A stretch of DNA of 64,000 nucleotides from Nitrospinaceae bacterium (GTDB taxonomy: Bacteria > Nitrospinota > Nitrospinia > Nitrospinales > JACRGP01), in contig JAJDBD010000049.1 in assembly GCA_029261575.1 (NCBI GenBank), positions 6,549 through 70,548 on the forward strand. The letters run 5' to 3'. The notes below the pieces were generated by a model, which was not told the origin of the DNA, ran no database searches, and saw only the letters and a program-made list of their open reading frames with translations. Position 1 is the stretch's first letter, and each line of letters opens with the position of its first letter. Position numbers and translations under genes: made by a program. Below are positions 22,404-32,133 of this stretch, in pieces.

Positions 22404-23796
22404 GCTTGTTCAGAAAGCCCTTCCACAAGGTCATGATCATGATTTTAATGTCAAACAACCAGGACCAGTTTTTAATATAATACAAATCGTATTCGATGCG
22501 TTTTTCCAACGAGGTATTGCCGCGCCAGCCGTTGACCTGCGCCCACCCCGTCAGCCCCGCCTTCATTTTTAACCGCAACACATAGCGCGGAACGGATTTC
22601 TTAAAGTCTTCCACAAAAACCGAACGTTCCGGACGGGGACCGACCAGGCTCATCTCCCCCTTCAACACGTTAAAAAGTTGCGGCAATTCGTCCAGACTCG
22701 TCCGGCGAAGAAAAGCCCCGACGCGCGTCCGGCGGTCGTCGTTCTCCTTGGCCCAAACGGGACCCGCCTCGTCCTCGGCGTTCATCAACATGGACCGAAA
22801 TTTATACATGGAGAATACCTTGCCATCCAAACCCACACGGTCCTGGCGGAAAAGCACGCTTCCCTTTGATTCCAACCGGATCAAAACGGAGATCAACGCC
22901 ATGAGCGGAAAGGCGATTGGAATCGCCAACAGGCTGAAGCCAAGATCCGTCGCCCTCTTGATCCCCAGGTTCCAGCCATAAAGCGGCGAACTGGTGAGGC
23001 TCACCACCGGAAGTCCGTCGAATTCCTCGACTCCGGAATGGATACTCATGAACCGCAACAAATCAGGGACTACCTTGACGTCCACGGTTTCCTCGCCCAA
23101 ATTCTCAAGAACCGCTTCCAGTCTTTCATGCGCTCCCAGCGGCAAGGCGATAAAAAGTTTATTGATTTTTAGATCCCGGATTTTTTCCCGGACCTGTTCG
23201 ATGGTTCCTACAACGGGAAAATTTTTAAAGATTTTTCCAACCTTCTCCGGATGGCTGGTCAAATAGCCGGAAACCGAAAATCCGATTTCGGGATGCAGGT
23301 CGATCTTTTCCGCAACGGTTTGGGCGAGTTCTCCCGCTCCGACGATCAATACATTGGTCAGGTTCAAGCCCTTTTTTCGCAATTTTAAAAACAGGGCGCG
23401 GACCAACGCGTGATTCAGGATCAATAAAATGCCGCTGATGAGTCCGAAGTATCCCAGCGCCAGCCGGGAATAAGAAGCGCCGCGATAAAAAAATGAACCC
23501 GCCGCGACCATGAAAAGGGAAAGCATGACGACCTTGACGATTCCGTAATATTCCGTCAGGTGGGATTTGCCCCCAAGCGGCTCGTATAAACCGCAAATCC
23601 AAATGTTCAACCAAAATGCCAGACTGATCGCGGGGAACGCCCATAAATACTGCTCCAGCGGCGGAACGCCCTCCCACACGGGCAAAAAATCCAGGTAAAA
23701 GCGATAATAATACGCCGCCATCCAGGAAAAAAAGATAACGAGGGTGTCGGAGATAAATAGGGTGGAATTAAAGAGTTGGCCGTATTTCTTCAACAT
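22393..23796 (-). CDS. Undecaprenyl-phosphate sugar phosphotransferase (WcaJ/EpsB-type initiating transferase)
   Basis: 467 aa. N-terminal TM bundle, central Rossmann-like segment VLIVGAGELA and C-terminal bacterial sugar transferase motif DELPQLFNVLKGEMSLVGPRP. Confidence 0.85.
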   Translation of the reverse strand: MLKKYGQLFNSTLFISDTLVIFFSWMAAYYYRFYLDFLPVWEGVPPLEQYLWAFPAISLAFWLNIWICGLYEPLGGKSHLTEYYGIVKVVMLSLFMVAAGSFFYRGASYSRLALGYFGLISGILLILNHALVRALFLKLRKKGLNLTNVLIVGAGELAQTVAEKIDLHPEIGFSVSGYLTSHPEKVGKIFKNFPVVGTIEQVREKIRDLKINKLFIALPLGAHERLEAVLENLGEETVDVKVVPDLLRFMSIHSGVEEFDGLPVVSLTSSPLYGWNLGIKRATDLGFSLLAIPIAFPLMALISVLIRLESKGSVLFRQDRVGLDGKVFSMYKFRSMLMNAEDEAGPVWAKENDDRRTRVGAFLRRTSLDELPQLFNVLKGEMSLVGPRPERSVFVEDFKKSVPRYVLRLKMKAGLTGWAQVNGWRGNTSLEKRIEYDLYYIKNWSWLFDIKIMIMTLWKGFLNKHAY

Positions 23797-24950
23797 CGAA
23801 GGCTGGGAACCTGTTCTCCGATATACTGGGAAATTTGATTAGAGAACCGTTCTAAATCAAACTGCATGGCATGAGCGCGGATGGGTTCGGGATCGAATCG
23901 GTATTCAATCTTTTCGAAATGTTTTACCGCTAAACAAAGAGATTCCGGGGTGGCTTCGTGAAAAAAAACACCGGTATGCCGAGCGCCGCTATTCTCAGGA
24001 ATTTCTATTTCGGGCTTCCAGGTTTCCGGATCGGGGACCACCGTTTCGAGGACGCCCCCCTGCCCAAAGGCTATTACAGGCCGCCCCATGGCCTGGGCTT
24101 CCAAAGGCGTTATGCCAAAATCCTCGACTCCGGGGAAAATAAAGGCCCGGCATCCAGCATAACAGGAAAGGATCTCTTCATCCGTCAAACCGCCCAAAAA
24201 CTCGATATTTGGTCGGGCAATCGATTTCAAATACGGCTCGTTGGGACCCCGTCCAACAATTTTCAGAGGATACCCCAATTCATTAAACGCTTCAACCGCT
24301 AAATCAATCCGCTTGTAAGGAGCCAGCGCGGATACGATCAAAAAATAATCGCCCACTTTGCTCCCTGGAAGAGGCTTGAAAAAGTTCCCATCGACGGGAG
24401 GATAAATCACGTCCGACTCCCTGCCGTAACAATTTTTTATCCGTTTTTGAACAAACCGTGAAATAGCGACGAACCGGTCCACTCTGCGACTGGTTCGAAC
24501 GTCCCATTTTTGTAACCAGGGCCGGACGGCGCGCATAGCCAGATAAACGGATTTTTTGGAGTAGCCGGCGTTGAAATAAACGTCGAACTGATCCCAAATG
24601 TAGCGCATGGGGGTGAAGCAATAACATAGATGCTTTGCGCCCCTGTCCGCTTTGGCGGCTTTGGCGACGCAATGGCTACTGCTCAGGATAAGGTCGTAAC
24701 CGCGAAAGTCGAGACTCTCAATGGCGGCGGGCATGAGGGGGAGAAAGTTCCGGTAATTGTTTTCGGCGCCGGGAAGCCGCTGCAAAAAGGAGGTGACGAT
24801 GCGGTGGGATTCAATGACAGGGGAAACCCTGCCGGGCAGGTGCAACAGGGTGAACAGGTCGGCTTGCGGGAACAGTCGGCAAAAAACTTCGAGACACTTC
24901 TCGCCCCCCCGCATCCCTGTCAACCAATCGTGGACCAGCGCGATTTTCAT
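23790..24950 (-). CDS. Glycosyltransferase family 4
   Basis: 386 aa. N-terminus MKIALVHDWLTGMRGGEK and C-terminal E-x7-E region EDFGITPLEAQAMGRPVIA. Confidence 0.8.
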   Translation of the reverse strand: MKIALVHDWLTGMRGGEKCLEVFCRLFPQADLFTLLHLPGRVSPVIESHRIVTSFLQRLPGAENNYRNFLPLMPAAIESLDFRGYDLILSSSHCVAKAAKADRGAKHLCYCFTPMRYIWDQFDVYFNAGYSKKSVYLAMRAVRPWLQKWDVRTSRRVDRFVAISRFVQKRIKNCYGRESDVIYPPVDGNFFKPLPGSKVGDYFLIVSALAPYKRIDLAVEAFNELGYPLKIVGRGPNEPYLKSIARPNIEFLGGLTDEEILSCYAGCRAFIFPGVEDFGITPLEAQAMGRPVIAFGQGGVLETVVPDPETWKPEIEIPENSGARHTGVFFHEATPESLCLAVKHFEKIEYRFDPEPIRAHAMQFDLERFSNQISQYIGEQVPSLRC

Positions 24951-25066
24951 TTTTCATTTCTTGGGGAGGGGCGCCCGGACAACGGCTGGCGAGGAGCCAG
25001 AGCCAGTTAAAAAACGAAACCACCAAATGAACGCGGAGAAAACAAGAGATTTCCCATTTCAAAACT

Positions 25067-25105
25067 CTGGGTCCAGCGGCACGCTGGCTACCCCGACGCT
25101 GGCTA
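25067..25105 (-). repeat. 3'-UTR hairpin motif family 2, copy 1 (after ybgF stop)
   Basis: The minus strand reads TAG-CCAGCGTCGGGGTAG-CCAGCGTGCCGCTGGACCCAG. The last 21 nt are identical to 59463-59483. Confidence 0.55.
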
Positions 25106-26011
25106 GTTGATTTCGCTCAATTTCTTTTGAATTTTGGCCCGGACGTCGCTGGGCGGGTTGGAATTTAAAGCGGATTCCAAAACGTCCAGAGCCCGGGCTT
25201 TGTCGCCCTTGGCGTGGTAAACCGTTCCCAGCATAAAACGGGCGTCGTGAATCTTGTTGCCCCTGGGATATTTATTGATAACGGCTTCAAACTGCTTGAT
25301 GGCGTCGTCGTACATGTCGAGTTTAAAATAGCTAGCGCCTACCCAGTAATGGATGTTGTCCTGTAAATGAACCGGCGGATTCTTTACGGCGTAATTCTGG
25401 AACAATAGTATCGATTCGTCGTAACGGCCCTTCACATAAGCGTCATAGGCATTCTTATAGTCCATGGGAATATTGCCGTTCCCGGATTTGCTTTTCGATC
25501 GGGTCCCGCGGGGAGACGGCTTGCTCATTTTGGCTTCCTGCTGGGCCGTCCGCAGGGACTGAATTTCCGCGTTCATCATCTCAATCTGGCGTTTCAATTC
25601 ATCCACTTCCGGCTCAAGAAATTCGGATTTTTCAGACAGATTTCCCAGACTCCCCTCAAGCTGTTGCTGGGTCGCTACAAGACGCGGTTCCAACGACGCC
25701 AATACCTCTTCCAACTCCCGCACTTTTGTTGTCAGGGATTCCTGCTGTTTTTGAAGAGACTCAACGTCGGATTGCATTTCCCCAGTTTGAGCGGATTGAT
25801 CCACGCTGGCAAAGCCATCCTCATCCTTTTTCGACCCCTCTTCGGCGAAAAAATCGTCCTCGTTTGGTTTTTGGTCAAACAACGCCTGGTCCTCGAACAC
25901 CAGGTCCTCATCCTCATCCGAGGCCCAGGGCATGTACTGACAACCATTCAGGGTAAGGCTAAAAACAAACAAAGTCGTAAATAAAAGGACGGGGCGTCTG
26001 GTCGTGAACAT
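25103..26011 (-). CDS. ybgF: Tol-Pal system protein YbgF/CpoB-like (coiled coil + TPR)
   Basis: N-terminal signal peptide with lipobox-like sequence LTLNGC, a Q/E-rich coiled coil and a C-terminal TPR block (YDAYVKGRYDESILLFQNY...YWVGASYFKLDMYDDAIKQFEAVINKYP). The track start is 26023, but the ATG at 26011 has GGAG 6 nt upstream whereas 26023 is preceded by CCTCC. Confidence 0.65.
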   Translation of the reverse strand: MFTTRRPVLLFTTLFVFSLTLNGCQYMPWASDEDEDLVFEDQALFDQKPNEDDFFAEEGSKKDEDGFASVDQSAQTGEMQSDVESLQKQQESLTTKVRELEEVLASLEPRLVATQQQLEGSLGNLSEKSEFLEPEVDELKRQIEMMNAEIQSLRTAQQEAKMSKPSPRGTRSKSKSGNGNIPMDYKNAYDAYVKGRYDESILLFQNYAVKNPPVHLQDNIHYWVGASYFKLDMYDDAIKQFEAVINKYPRGNKIHDARFMLGTVYHAKGDKARALDVLESALNSNPPSDVRAKIQKKLSEIN

Positions 26012-26060
26012 GTTGTTCTCCATAATTGAGGAGGATCAATATCTCATTAATTTTCAATGA

Positions 26061-26089
26061 ATTATATTGAGTTTATTCTATTAAGTCAA
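26061..26089 (-). promoter_or_regulatory. Sigma70-type promoter upstream of ybgF/cpoB
   Basis: The minus strand reads TTGACT (26089-26084), a 17-nt spacer, then TATAAT (26066-26061), inside a 145-bp AT-rich spacer and about 45 nt upstream of the 26011 start. Confidence 0.55.
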
Positions 26090-26169
26090 TCTATTTTAAA
26101 AGCTTGTTAAAGATTAGTATAGTTACTTAAATTTACTATAATTTATATTAATTTGATTCCAGGCTCAGT

Positions 26170-27372
26170 TCAGGTCTCGGCCTCTTCAACTGCCGACGCC
26201 GGGGAAAGCTTTCCGGCCCCGGATCTGATCCTGGCCGTAAGCCGCGTCAACGCTTCCGCGACCGCGTCCATTTCCTCCAGCATATTGGACCCGCCGACGC
26301 TGATGCGCAACGAACGGTCGATCCATTCGTCCTCAATCCCCATCGCCTTCAAAACATGAGACGACGACAACGCCCCTGAACTGCAGGCCGATCCCGTGGA
26401 AATGCAAATTCCCTCCATATCCAGAGAAATCATCAGGGTTTCCCCCAACACGCCGTCAAAGGCAATCCCCAGAGTGTTGGGCAAATGCCGACCGGGCGAA
26501 CCAAATATTTTGAACTCCAGCCCGCTTTGTTTCAACCCATCCAGCAACCGGTCGCGCAGGCTTTGCAGATAGCCGGGTCCGCCGGAATCCAGAAACGTTC
26601 CGGCCAATTCGGCGGCCTTTCCAAACCCGACAATGCCCGCGACGTTTTCCGTTCCGCCCCGGCGTTTTTTTTCCTGGCCTCCGCCGGAAATCAAGGACGC
26701 CAACGGCGGGACGCTGTTCCGAATGAACAAGGCGCCCGCCCCTTTTGGTCCATTGAGCTTATGCGCGGAAAAGGACAGCAGGTCGACGGGAAATTTTTCG
26801 CCGCCTCCGCCCCCGACGTCTATGGGAATTTTTCCGACGCTTTGCACGGCGTCGGTGTGGAATAAAATTCCGCGTTCGCGCGCGATAGTTCCCAAAGCGT
26901 TAATGTCCTGCAAAGTTCCCACCTCGTTGTTGGCGTGATGGATGGAAATCAAAATCGTGTCTTCGGAAACGGCGTCCATCAGGCTTTGCGGATCCACGCG
27001 GCAATCGCCATCCACCGGCAGAAAATCGATCTGGAACCCCTGCTTTTGCAAATCTCCGCAGGCGTTTAATACCGCCGGATGTTCCGCCTGACTGGTGATA
27101 ATATGACGGCCTTTGTCTTGTAGCGCCCAGGCGACGCCTTTTATAGCGAGGTTGTCCGATTCCGTGCCGCTTGCGGTGAACACAATCTCCTGCGGACGGG
27201 CATGGATCAACGCCGCGACCTGTTCGCGGGCCTCGTCGAGCGCCACACGGGCCTTTCTGCCCGCGGAATGAATGCTGGAGGGATTGCCAAAATGCTCCCG
27301 CATATAAGGCGTCATCGCCTCTAACGCCTCAGGCGCCAAAGGTGTGGTTGCGTTATGGTCCAGATAAATCAA
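26170..27372 (-). CDS. Cysteine desulfurase (NifS/IscS family, class V aminotransferase)
   Basis: 400 aa. MIYLDHNATTP start, PLP-lysine region SFSAHKLNGPKG and active-site loop STGSACSSG. Confidence 0.92.
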   Translation of the reverse strand: MIYLDHNATTPLAPEALEAMTPYMREHFGNPSSIHSAGRKARVALDEAREQVAALIHARPQEIVFTASGTESDNLAIKGVAWALQDKGRHIITSQAEHPAVLNACGDLQKQGFQIDFLPVDGDCRVDPQSLMDAVSEDTILISIHHANNEVGTLQDINALGTIARERGILFHTDAVQSVGKIPIDVGGGGGEKFPVDLLSFSAHKLNGPKGAGALFIRNSVPPLASLISGGGQEKKRRGGTENVAGIVGFGKAAELAGTFLDSGGPGYLQSLRDRLLDGLKQSGLEFKIFGSPGRHLPNTLGIAFDGVLGETLMISLDMEGICISTGSACSSGALSSSHVLKAMGIEDEWIDRSLRISVGGSNMLEEMDAVAEALTRLTARIRSGAGKLSPASAVEEAET

Positions 27373-27424
27373 TTTGAAATTCCTTGATACATTTTTAGCG
27401 GATTTCTATTAATTGAATCATTCT

Positions 27425-27466
27425 GCTTTTGGCAACTCGCGGCCATGATCAGCTTTAGAGGAGTCC
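27425..27466 (+). repeat. Intergenic repeat family 1, copy A (no hairpin module)
   Basis: GCTTTTGGCAACTCGC + GGCCATGATCAGCTTTAGAGGAGTCC. The 16-mer is identical to copy B, and the second module is about 19/26 identical. Confidence 0.6.
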
Positions 27467-27559
27467 TTTGGTCTATGGAGTTTACAGCCAGAGGCAGAGC
27501 GCAGAGGGAGATGGTGAGTTTGAATTCAGGAAAACAACGAACCTGGCCAAGTTAATCTT

Positions 27560-28261
27560 TTAATGCCGATCGGTAAAATGGACGGCTTCCCCCGCTTCCG
27601 AGGCTTTATTCAGCTTTTTAACGGTTTCTTTAAGGTCTCGAATTTCTTTTTGCATTTGCGGCAATTTTTCGAGCACGCATTCCAGCGCGCGCGCAACCGG
27701 ATCGGGAAAAGACTCCGGTCCGGCGTCGTCTTCCTGAACGGGACAAACCCCGGAAAACACCACCCGGCCTGGAACGCCGATCACCGTGGAATATTCCGGC
27801 ACGTCCTGCAATACAACCGATCCCGAGCCAATCTTGGAGTTTCTTCCAACGGCAATGGGTCCCAACACCTGGGCGCCAGCGCCGATGGTGACGTGGTCGC
27901 CTATCGTTGGATGCCGCTTGCCCTTTTTAGCGCTCAATCCGCCAAGCGTCACGCCGTGGTATATAAAAACGTCGTCGCCGACTTCCGCCGTTTCCCCGAT
28001 CACCACGCCCATGCCGTGGTCGATGAAAAAACGCCGACCGATTTTAGCGGCGGGATGAATTTCAATACCCGTCAAGCCGCGCGCCAGATAAGAAATGAAC
28101 CGGGCCAAAAAGCGAAAACCCATATTCCACAGCCAGTGAGCCAAGCGATAGGCCGTGACGGCGTGAAAACAGGGATAAAACAACAAAACCTCCAGAGAAT
28201 TCCTGGCGGCGGGATCTTTTTTTAGCGCAACTTGAATGTCTTCTCGGAAACGATGCAACAT
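27560..28261 (-). CDS. cysE: Serine O-acetyltransferase
   Basis: Left-handed beta-helix hexapeptide region [44 protein letters not shown]. The track ORF extends to a TTG at 28375, but that extension runs into the terminator of the upstream gene. The ATG at 28261 (MLHRFREDI) gives a normal CysE N-terminus. Confidence 0.88.
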   Translation of the reverse strand: MLHRFREDIQVALKKDPAARNSLEVLLFYPCFHAVTAYRLAHWLWNMGFRFLARFISYLARGLTGIEIHPAAKIGRRFFIDHGMGVVIGETAEVGDDVFIYHGVTLGGLSAKKGKRHPTIGDHVTIGAGAQVLGPIAVGRNSKIGSGSVVLQDVPEYSTVIGVPGRVVFSGVCPVQEDDAGPESFPDPVARALECVLEKLPQMQKEIRDLKETVKKLNKASEAGEAVHFTDRH

Positions 28262-28373
28262 CGGCCCAATCGGTTTGAGTATGGAAGTCCTTGTAAATTT
28301 TAAACTATTTGGACAAAGACGGTCAATAACAATCCCTTTTTCAGGCTCGCTCCGGTAATAGGAATCAACCGGC

Positions 28374-28410
28374 AAAAAATAAAAACCCGTCCACCAAAGT
28401 GAACGGGTTT
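28374..28410 (-). terminator. Rho-independent terminator after the glycine-zipper lipoprotein gene
   Basis: The minus strand reads AAACCCGT-12 nt loop-ACGGGTTT followed by TTATTTTTT. An 8-bp stem at 28383-28390 / 28403-28410. Confidence 0.7.
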
Positions 28411-28486
28411 TATCAAGCGTCTGCGGAAAAATCTAAAACGATCTCAAGAATTTTCCATTCAGTTTCAAATCAAAAAATTAGAGCGC

Positions 28487-28879
28487 TCAGTCCAGAACCG
28501 TGTGACCGCGGTTGGTCATGCAATTTTTAAAGACCGTTTTGAAATCGCCTTCCCCTTCAAGACCCTCTTTGGCTCCCCCGCCAATACCTCCAGCGGCGGC
28601 TCCAATGGCCGCGCCTTTAAGCGGAGCGCCCACAGCCGCGCCAACCGCAGCCCCTGCGGCGGCTCCAATCAAAGCGCCAACGCCTGCCCCTTTAAGCGTC
28701 TTATTGGTCGTGTCGCCGGCTTTTTCCGCGATTACCCGGCATTCATTTTCATCCTTTGTCAGATTCTGCGCGTTGGGGTCGTTGGCCGTGTCTACCGTGG
28801 GCGTGTAGCCGCCCTGCGATGCGCAACCGGCGAAAAGAAATGCCGCAACCAGGGCAATAGCTAAAACTTTTTTCGTCAT
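28487..28879 (-). CDS. Glycine-zipper outer-membrane lipoprotein
   Basis: 130 aa with lipoprotein signal LFAGC, a G/A-rich glycine-zipper tract GAGVGALIGAAAGAAVGAAVGA...AAIGAAAGGIGGGA, and a downstream intrinsic terminator. Confidence 0.7.
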   Translation of the reverse strand: MTKKVLAIALVAAFLFAGCASQGGYTPTVDTANDPNAQNLTKDENECRVIAEKAGDTTNKTLKGAGVGALIGAAAGAAVGAAVGAPLKGAAIGAAAGGIGGGAKEGLEGEGDFKTVFKNCMTNRGHTVLD

Positions 28880-28979
28880 GTGGTTTTCTCCTCAAGAATT
28901 TTTTTCGGCGCTTTTTTTCCAGTTTAAAGAATTCCCTCAATCAAGTCAAACGCTGTTCTTTCCTGGACAAATTCCAGTT

Positions 28980-29762
28980 CTATCCCTGGGAGGGCGGTTC
29001 GGACTGTGACTCCTGATAGGTTTGGAGGATTTCCTCCTGCCCGGCTTTATCGACAGTTTTGTAAACGCGGATGGTTTCCATCTGCGCCACCTGCTGAACG
29101 CGAATCAAACCCAGCTTCATCAGTTCCAACAGCGCCAGAAACAAAACGATCACCTCCTGCCGGGTGTTTATCGGAGTGAACAACGACTCAAAAGCGACCG
29201 ACTCGGCGCCGTTCAGGATCTCCAGAATATACTTAATCCGGTCTTCAACGGACAGGATAGTCACTTCAATTTCGTAATCTTTTTTGAAGGATTTCTGCTG
29301 AACCATTTTCTGAAACGCAGTCAGCAAATCGAACACGTTGGCGTCGACCAGGGTCTCCTCGCGCTCGTCAACCGCCACCTCGCCGGACCTCGAAAAGACC
29401 TGCGACTGATCGAACTCGCGCTGGCGCAACTGAAAAGCGGCTTCCTTATAGCGCTGGTATTCCATCAAACGCCGGGTAAGCTCGGCGCGCGGGTCCACTC
29501 CTGAATCGGGATCGATCTCTTCCTCCTCCAGCTTGGCGGGCAGGAGGGTCCGGGATTTGATCCGCGTCAATTCAGCGGCCATCAACAGGTATTCGCCTGC
29601 GACTTCCAGGTTCAGATCCTGCATTAAATTCAGATAGCCCAGGTATTGCTCGGAGATATCCGCGATGGGGATATCCTGGATATCCATTTTTTGTTCCTTG
29701 ATCAAAAACAAAAGCAGGTCGAGAGGACCTTCAAAAAAATCGAGTTTGAATTGGTAGCTCAT
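28980..29762 (-). CDS. scpA: Segregation and condensation protein A
   Basis: 260 aa. Canonical N-terminus FEGPLDLLLFLIKEQKMDIQDIPIADISEQYLGYL. Confidence 0.88.
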   Translation of the reverse strand: MSYQFKLDFFEGPLDLLLFLIKEQKMDIQDIPIADISEQYLGYLNLMQDLNLEVAGEYLLMAAELTRIKSRTLLPAKLEEEEIDPDSGVDPRAELTRRLMEYQRYKEAAFQLRQREFDQSQVFSRSGEVAVDEREETLVDANVFDLLTAFQKMVQQKSFKKDYEIEVTILSVEDRIKYILEILNGAESVAFESLFTPINTRQEVIVLFLALLELMKLGLIRVQQVAQMETIRVYKTVDKAGQEEILQTYQESQSEPPSQG

Positions 29763-29809
29763 GGTGGCCTGGTGGGTTGAACGGAGTTTACAAAGGGGTC
29801 ATAGCGATT

Positions 29810-30547
29810 TCACAAATCGCCGTAAAGGTTTTGCAATATGGACAAAACAGCCGTGGGCGCGGTTTCCGCCCGCAATCTTCTGGGGCCAAGCGTGACGGTC
29901 TGAAATCCAAAGCGCCGGGCGGATTCGATCTCGCCCAAGGTCAGCCCGCCTTCGGGTCCAGTGAAACAGGCAATCGCGTCGGTCGTTTTCTTTTCCAGAT
30001 TTTTCAAGCGGAAACTTTTTTCTCCCTCCCAAAAAACCAGCTTAAGGGTCCGGCCCCGGTTATTCTCGCAAAAAGCGGCGGCGCTTTGTAGCTGTTTTTT
30101 GATCTCGGGAATTTTTGTGCGACCGCATTGCTTGCACGCTTCGGCGGCGATTTTTTCCCAGCGCCGGACTTTTTCATCCCATCGGGATTCAATCCCTCGC
30201 GCTACGCAACGTTCTGTCGCCAGCGGCGACAGGGTGGAAACGCCCAACTCCGTAGCTTTTCGGACCGTGTCGTCCAGCCTGGCGCCTTTAAGGAGAGGAA
30301 GGCCCAGATGGATTTCGACCGGCGATTCGGCCTCGTAGGGTTCCGTCGAAACGATTCGCCCTTCGACGCCCTTTCTGTCGACCCGCGTCAAGCTAACCTG
30401 ATATCGGCTCCCCTCCCCGTCGAGGACTTCGATCGGGTCGCCGGACTTCATTCTTAAAACCGTATGGATATGTGCGGCGTCGGTTCCATGAATGTAAATC
30501 TCCCCGTTGGAAATTTGCTCCCGCGTGATGAAAAATTGAGACGTCAT
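29810..30547 (-). CDS. rsmE: 16S rRNA (uracil1498-N3)-methyltransferase
   Basis: 245 aa. PUA-like N-terminus (FFITREQI...HIHTVLRMKSGD) and SPOUT C-terminal motif FTGPEGGLTLGEI. Confidence 0.85.
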   Translation of the reverse strand: MTSQFFITREQISNGEIYIHGTDAAHIHTVLRMKSGDPIEVLDGEGSRYQVSLTRVDRKGVEGRIVSTEPYEAESPVEIHLGLPLLKGARLDDTVRKATELGVSTLSPLATERCVARGIESRWDEKVRRWEKIAAEACKQCGRTKIPEIKKQLQSAAAFCENNRGRTLKLVFWEGEKSFRLKNLEKKTTDAIACFTGPEGGLTLGEIESARRFGFQTVTLGPRRLRAETAPTAVLSILQNLYGDL

Positions 30548-31281
30548 GCGCGATCCAGTACCCGGCTCTGAATTTCCGTCAACCCGGTCAGGTCGCTTAA
30601 AACATATTCCGGGCGGACGCCATCGGGGTTTTCCTCTCCGTCTCGATTCAGCCAGGCGGCCCGCATGCCTACGGCCTGCGCCCCTTCAACGTCGTTTTGC
30701 AAATGATCGCCCACAAAAAGTATATCTTCCGGAGCAAGACCCAGACGACTTTGGGCGAGGCGAAATATTGAGGGATGCGGTTTACGAAACGGAACCTCCG
30801 TCGAATAAATGGAAAACTCAAAAAACGGGTCCAACCCAATCGCCAGGCGCTCGTTGTGTTTTATGAATCCCGGATTGGTGGTGTTGGAGATGATTCCCAT
30901 CCGGACGCCACGATCCAAAAGTTGTTTCAAAGCCGGAAGGACGTCGGGATAAATCCGCCGGCAGGAATGGATTGCCGCATAATAGACGCGAAGCATTTCT
31001 TCCAAACTGGTTTTTCCATTGATATCGATTGGGTAGCGCAATAACAGAGTTTTTAAAACCGTTTCGAAATGCGCCTCCTGATGGGTGACGCGGGAGGAGC
31101 GAATGAATTCTTTGAATAACGAATCGGTAAACTCGAATGCCGCGTTCAGGTCGGGGAGCGAAACGCCCTTCCCTTCTAAAAACCGGAAGAGTTTTTGAAA
31201 CGCGGAAAAACCGTCCTCATCCACCAAATCCACCAGCGTGTATGCCCAATCGAACAAAACGGCTTTATATGGAAAAGGCAT
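30544..31281 (-). CDS. HAD-superfamily hydrolase, subfamily IA-like
   Basis: Motif I reads AVLFDWAYTLVD (D-W-A instead of D-x-D), motif II is ISNTTN, motif IV is FVGDHLQNDVEG. The ATG at 31281 places the nucleophile Asp at residue 11; the track start at 31353 is TTG. 4-nt overlap with rsmE. Confidence 0.7.
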   Translation of the reverse strand: MPFPYKAVLFDWAYTLVDLVDEDGFSAFQKLFRFLEGKGVSLPDLNAAFEFTDSLFKEFIRSSRVTHQEAHFETVLKTLLLRYPIDINGKTSLEEMLRVYYAAIHSCRRIYPDVLPALKQLLDRGVRMGIISNTTNPGFIKHNERLAIGLDPFFEFSIYSTEVPFRKPHPSIFRLAQSRLGLAPEDILFVGDHLQNDVEGAQAVGMRAAWLNRDGEENPDGVRPEYVLSDLTGLTEIQSRVLDRA

Positions 31282-31565
31282 CGCGTCGGTAATGAAAATG
31301 AAAGTGTTGTTTTTGTAGTCTACCAAACTTGAATTTTGGGGGCATTGGGGCAATATAAATTAAAAAAAGGCTTATTTATCAGTGTTTCTTGAGAAAGTCC
31401 AGATCACAGGAGCCTGGAACTCCCCCGTCGGGGCGCTACCACTAAATGTTTTTCCTCACTCTCTAAAACTATTAATAACGCCTTAACGTATAATAGCCTA
31501 TAGGGAGAATTATTTGAACATCATTCCCCACCGAAATTTTTTCCCCTTCTTGCTGGACGAGAAAC

Positions 31566-32096
31566 TTGAACGTACAAAAGTTGCCGCAGAAAATATTGTC
31601 CAATTGGGAACTGGTAGACGTCGCTCTCTCCCTTGGGTGCATTGAAGCCAAAATCATCCCCACGAAAAATATCATGCTGGGCAATTGGGTCAAATTGCAA
31701 TGTCAGTATGGGTGCCCGCATTATGGCAAATTGTTCACTTGCCCTCCCTGCACCCCGAACACGGACGACATGTCTGATATATTGATGGACTACAATCAAG
31801 CGATCCTGATCAAAGCGGCCAGCGCAAAAGACGTCCACCAAATCGTTCTCTCCCTGGAAGGCCGGCTCAAAACGCTTGGACATTACAAAGCCTTTGGTCT
31901 CGAAGCCCTGCCCTGCGATTTGTGCGAGGCGTGCACCGTCGACACGGAATGCCAATTCCCCGAGGCCGCCAGACCCACCCTGCAAGCCTGCGGAATCGAC
32001 GTGCCCCAAACCGTCTCCGGAACCGGATGGGAAGTCGCCACGGAGCGTAGCCCTTGCTCGGAAGCCTATCCTTTTGGGATGGTTCTCATCAATTAG
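31566..32096 (+). CDS. DUF2284-like predicted metal-binding protein
   Basis: 176 aa. Cys-rich motifs CQYGCPHYGKLFTCPPCTP and CDLCEAC typical of the DUF2284 family. Only a TTG start is available in this frame. Confidence 0.55.
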   Translation: MNVQKLPQKILSNWELVDVALSLGCIEAKIIPTKNIMLGNWVKLQCQYGCPHYGKLFTCPPCTPNTDDMSDILMDYNQAILIKAASAKDVHQIVLSLEGRLKTLGHYKAFGLEALPCDLCEACTVDTECQFPEAARPTLQACGIDVPQTVSGTGWEVATERSPCSEAYPFGMVLIN

Positions 32097-32133
32097 CGAA
32101 ACTTTTATTTCCCTTTAAATTTTTATTTTGCCG

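Noticed and set aside
27431-27447. Possible sigma54 promoter in repeat family 1. The minus strand reads TGGCCGCGAGTTGC, and copy B reads GGGCAGCGAGTTGC. Both lie upstream of minus-strand genes.
   Set aside because: The GG-to-GC spacing is 9 nt rather than the strict 10 nt of TGGCAC-N5-TTGC. The inverted copy C does not retain the TTGC box.
31411-31455. tRNA-like fragment. The minus strand reads TAGTGGTAGCGCCCC...GGAGTTCCAGGCTCC, resembling a D-loop and a T-arm.
   Set aside because: Only about 11 nt separate the two arms, so no anticodon stem-loop can form, and no acceptor stem pairing is present. It is not a tRNA gene.
31514-31663. 49-codon TTG ORF preceded by GGGAG, overlapping the start of the DUF2284-like gene in another frame.
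   Set aside because: It has no motif, sits below the track threshold, and overlaps a gene whose N-terminus fits its family. It is probably fortuitous, although the true start of the DUF2284-like gene remains uncertain.
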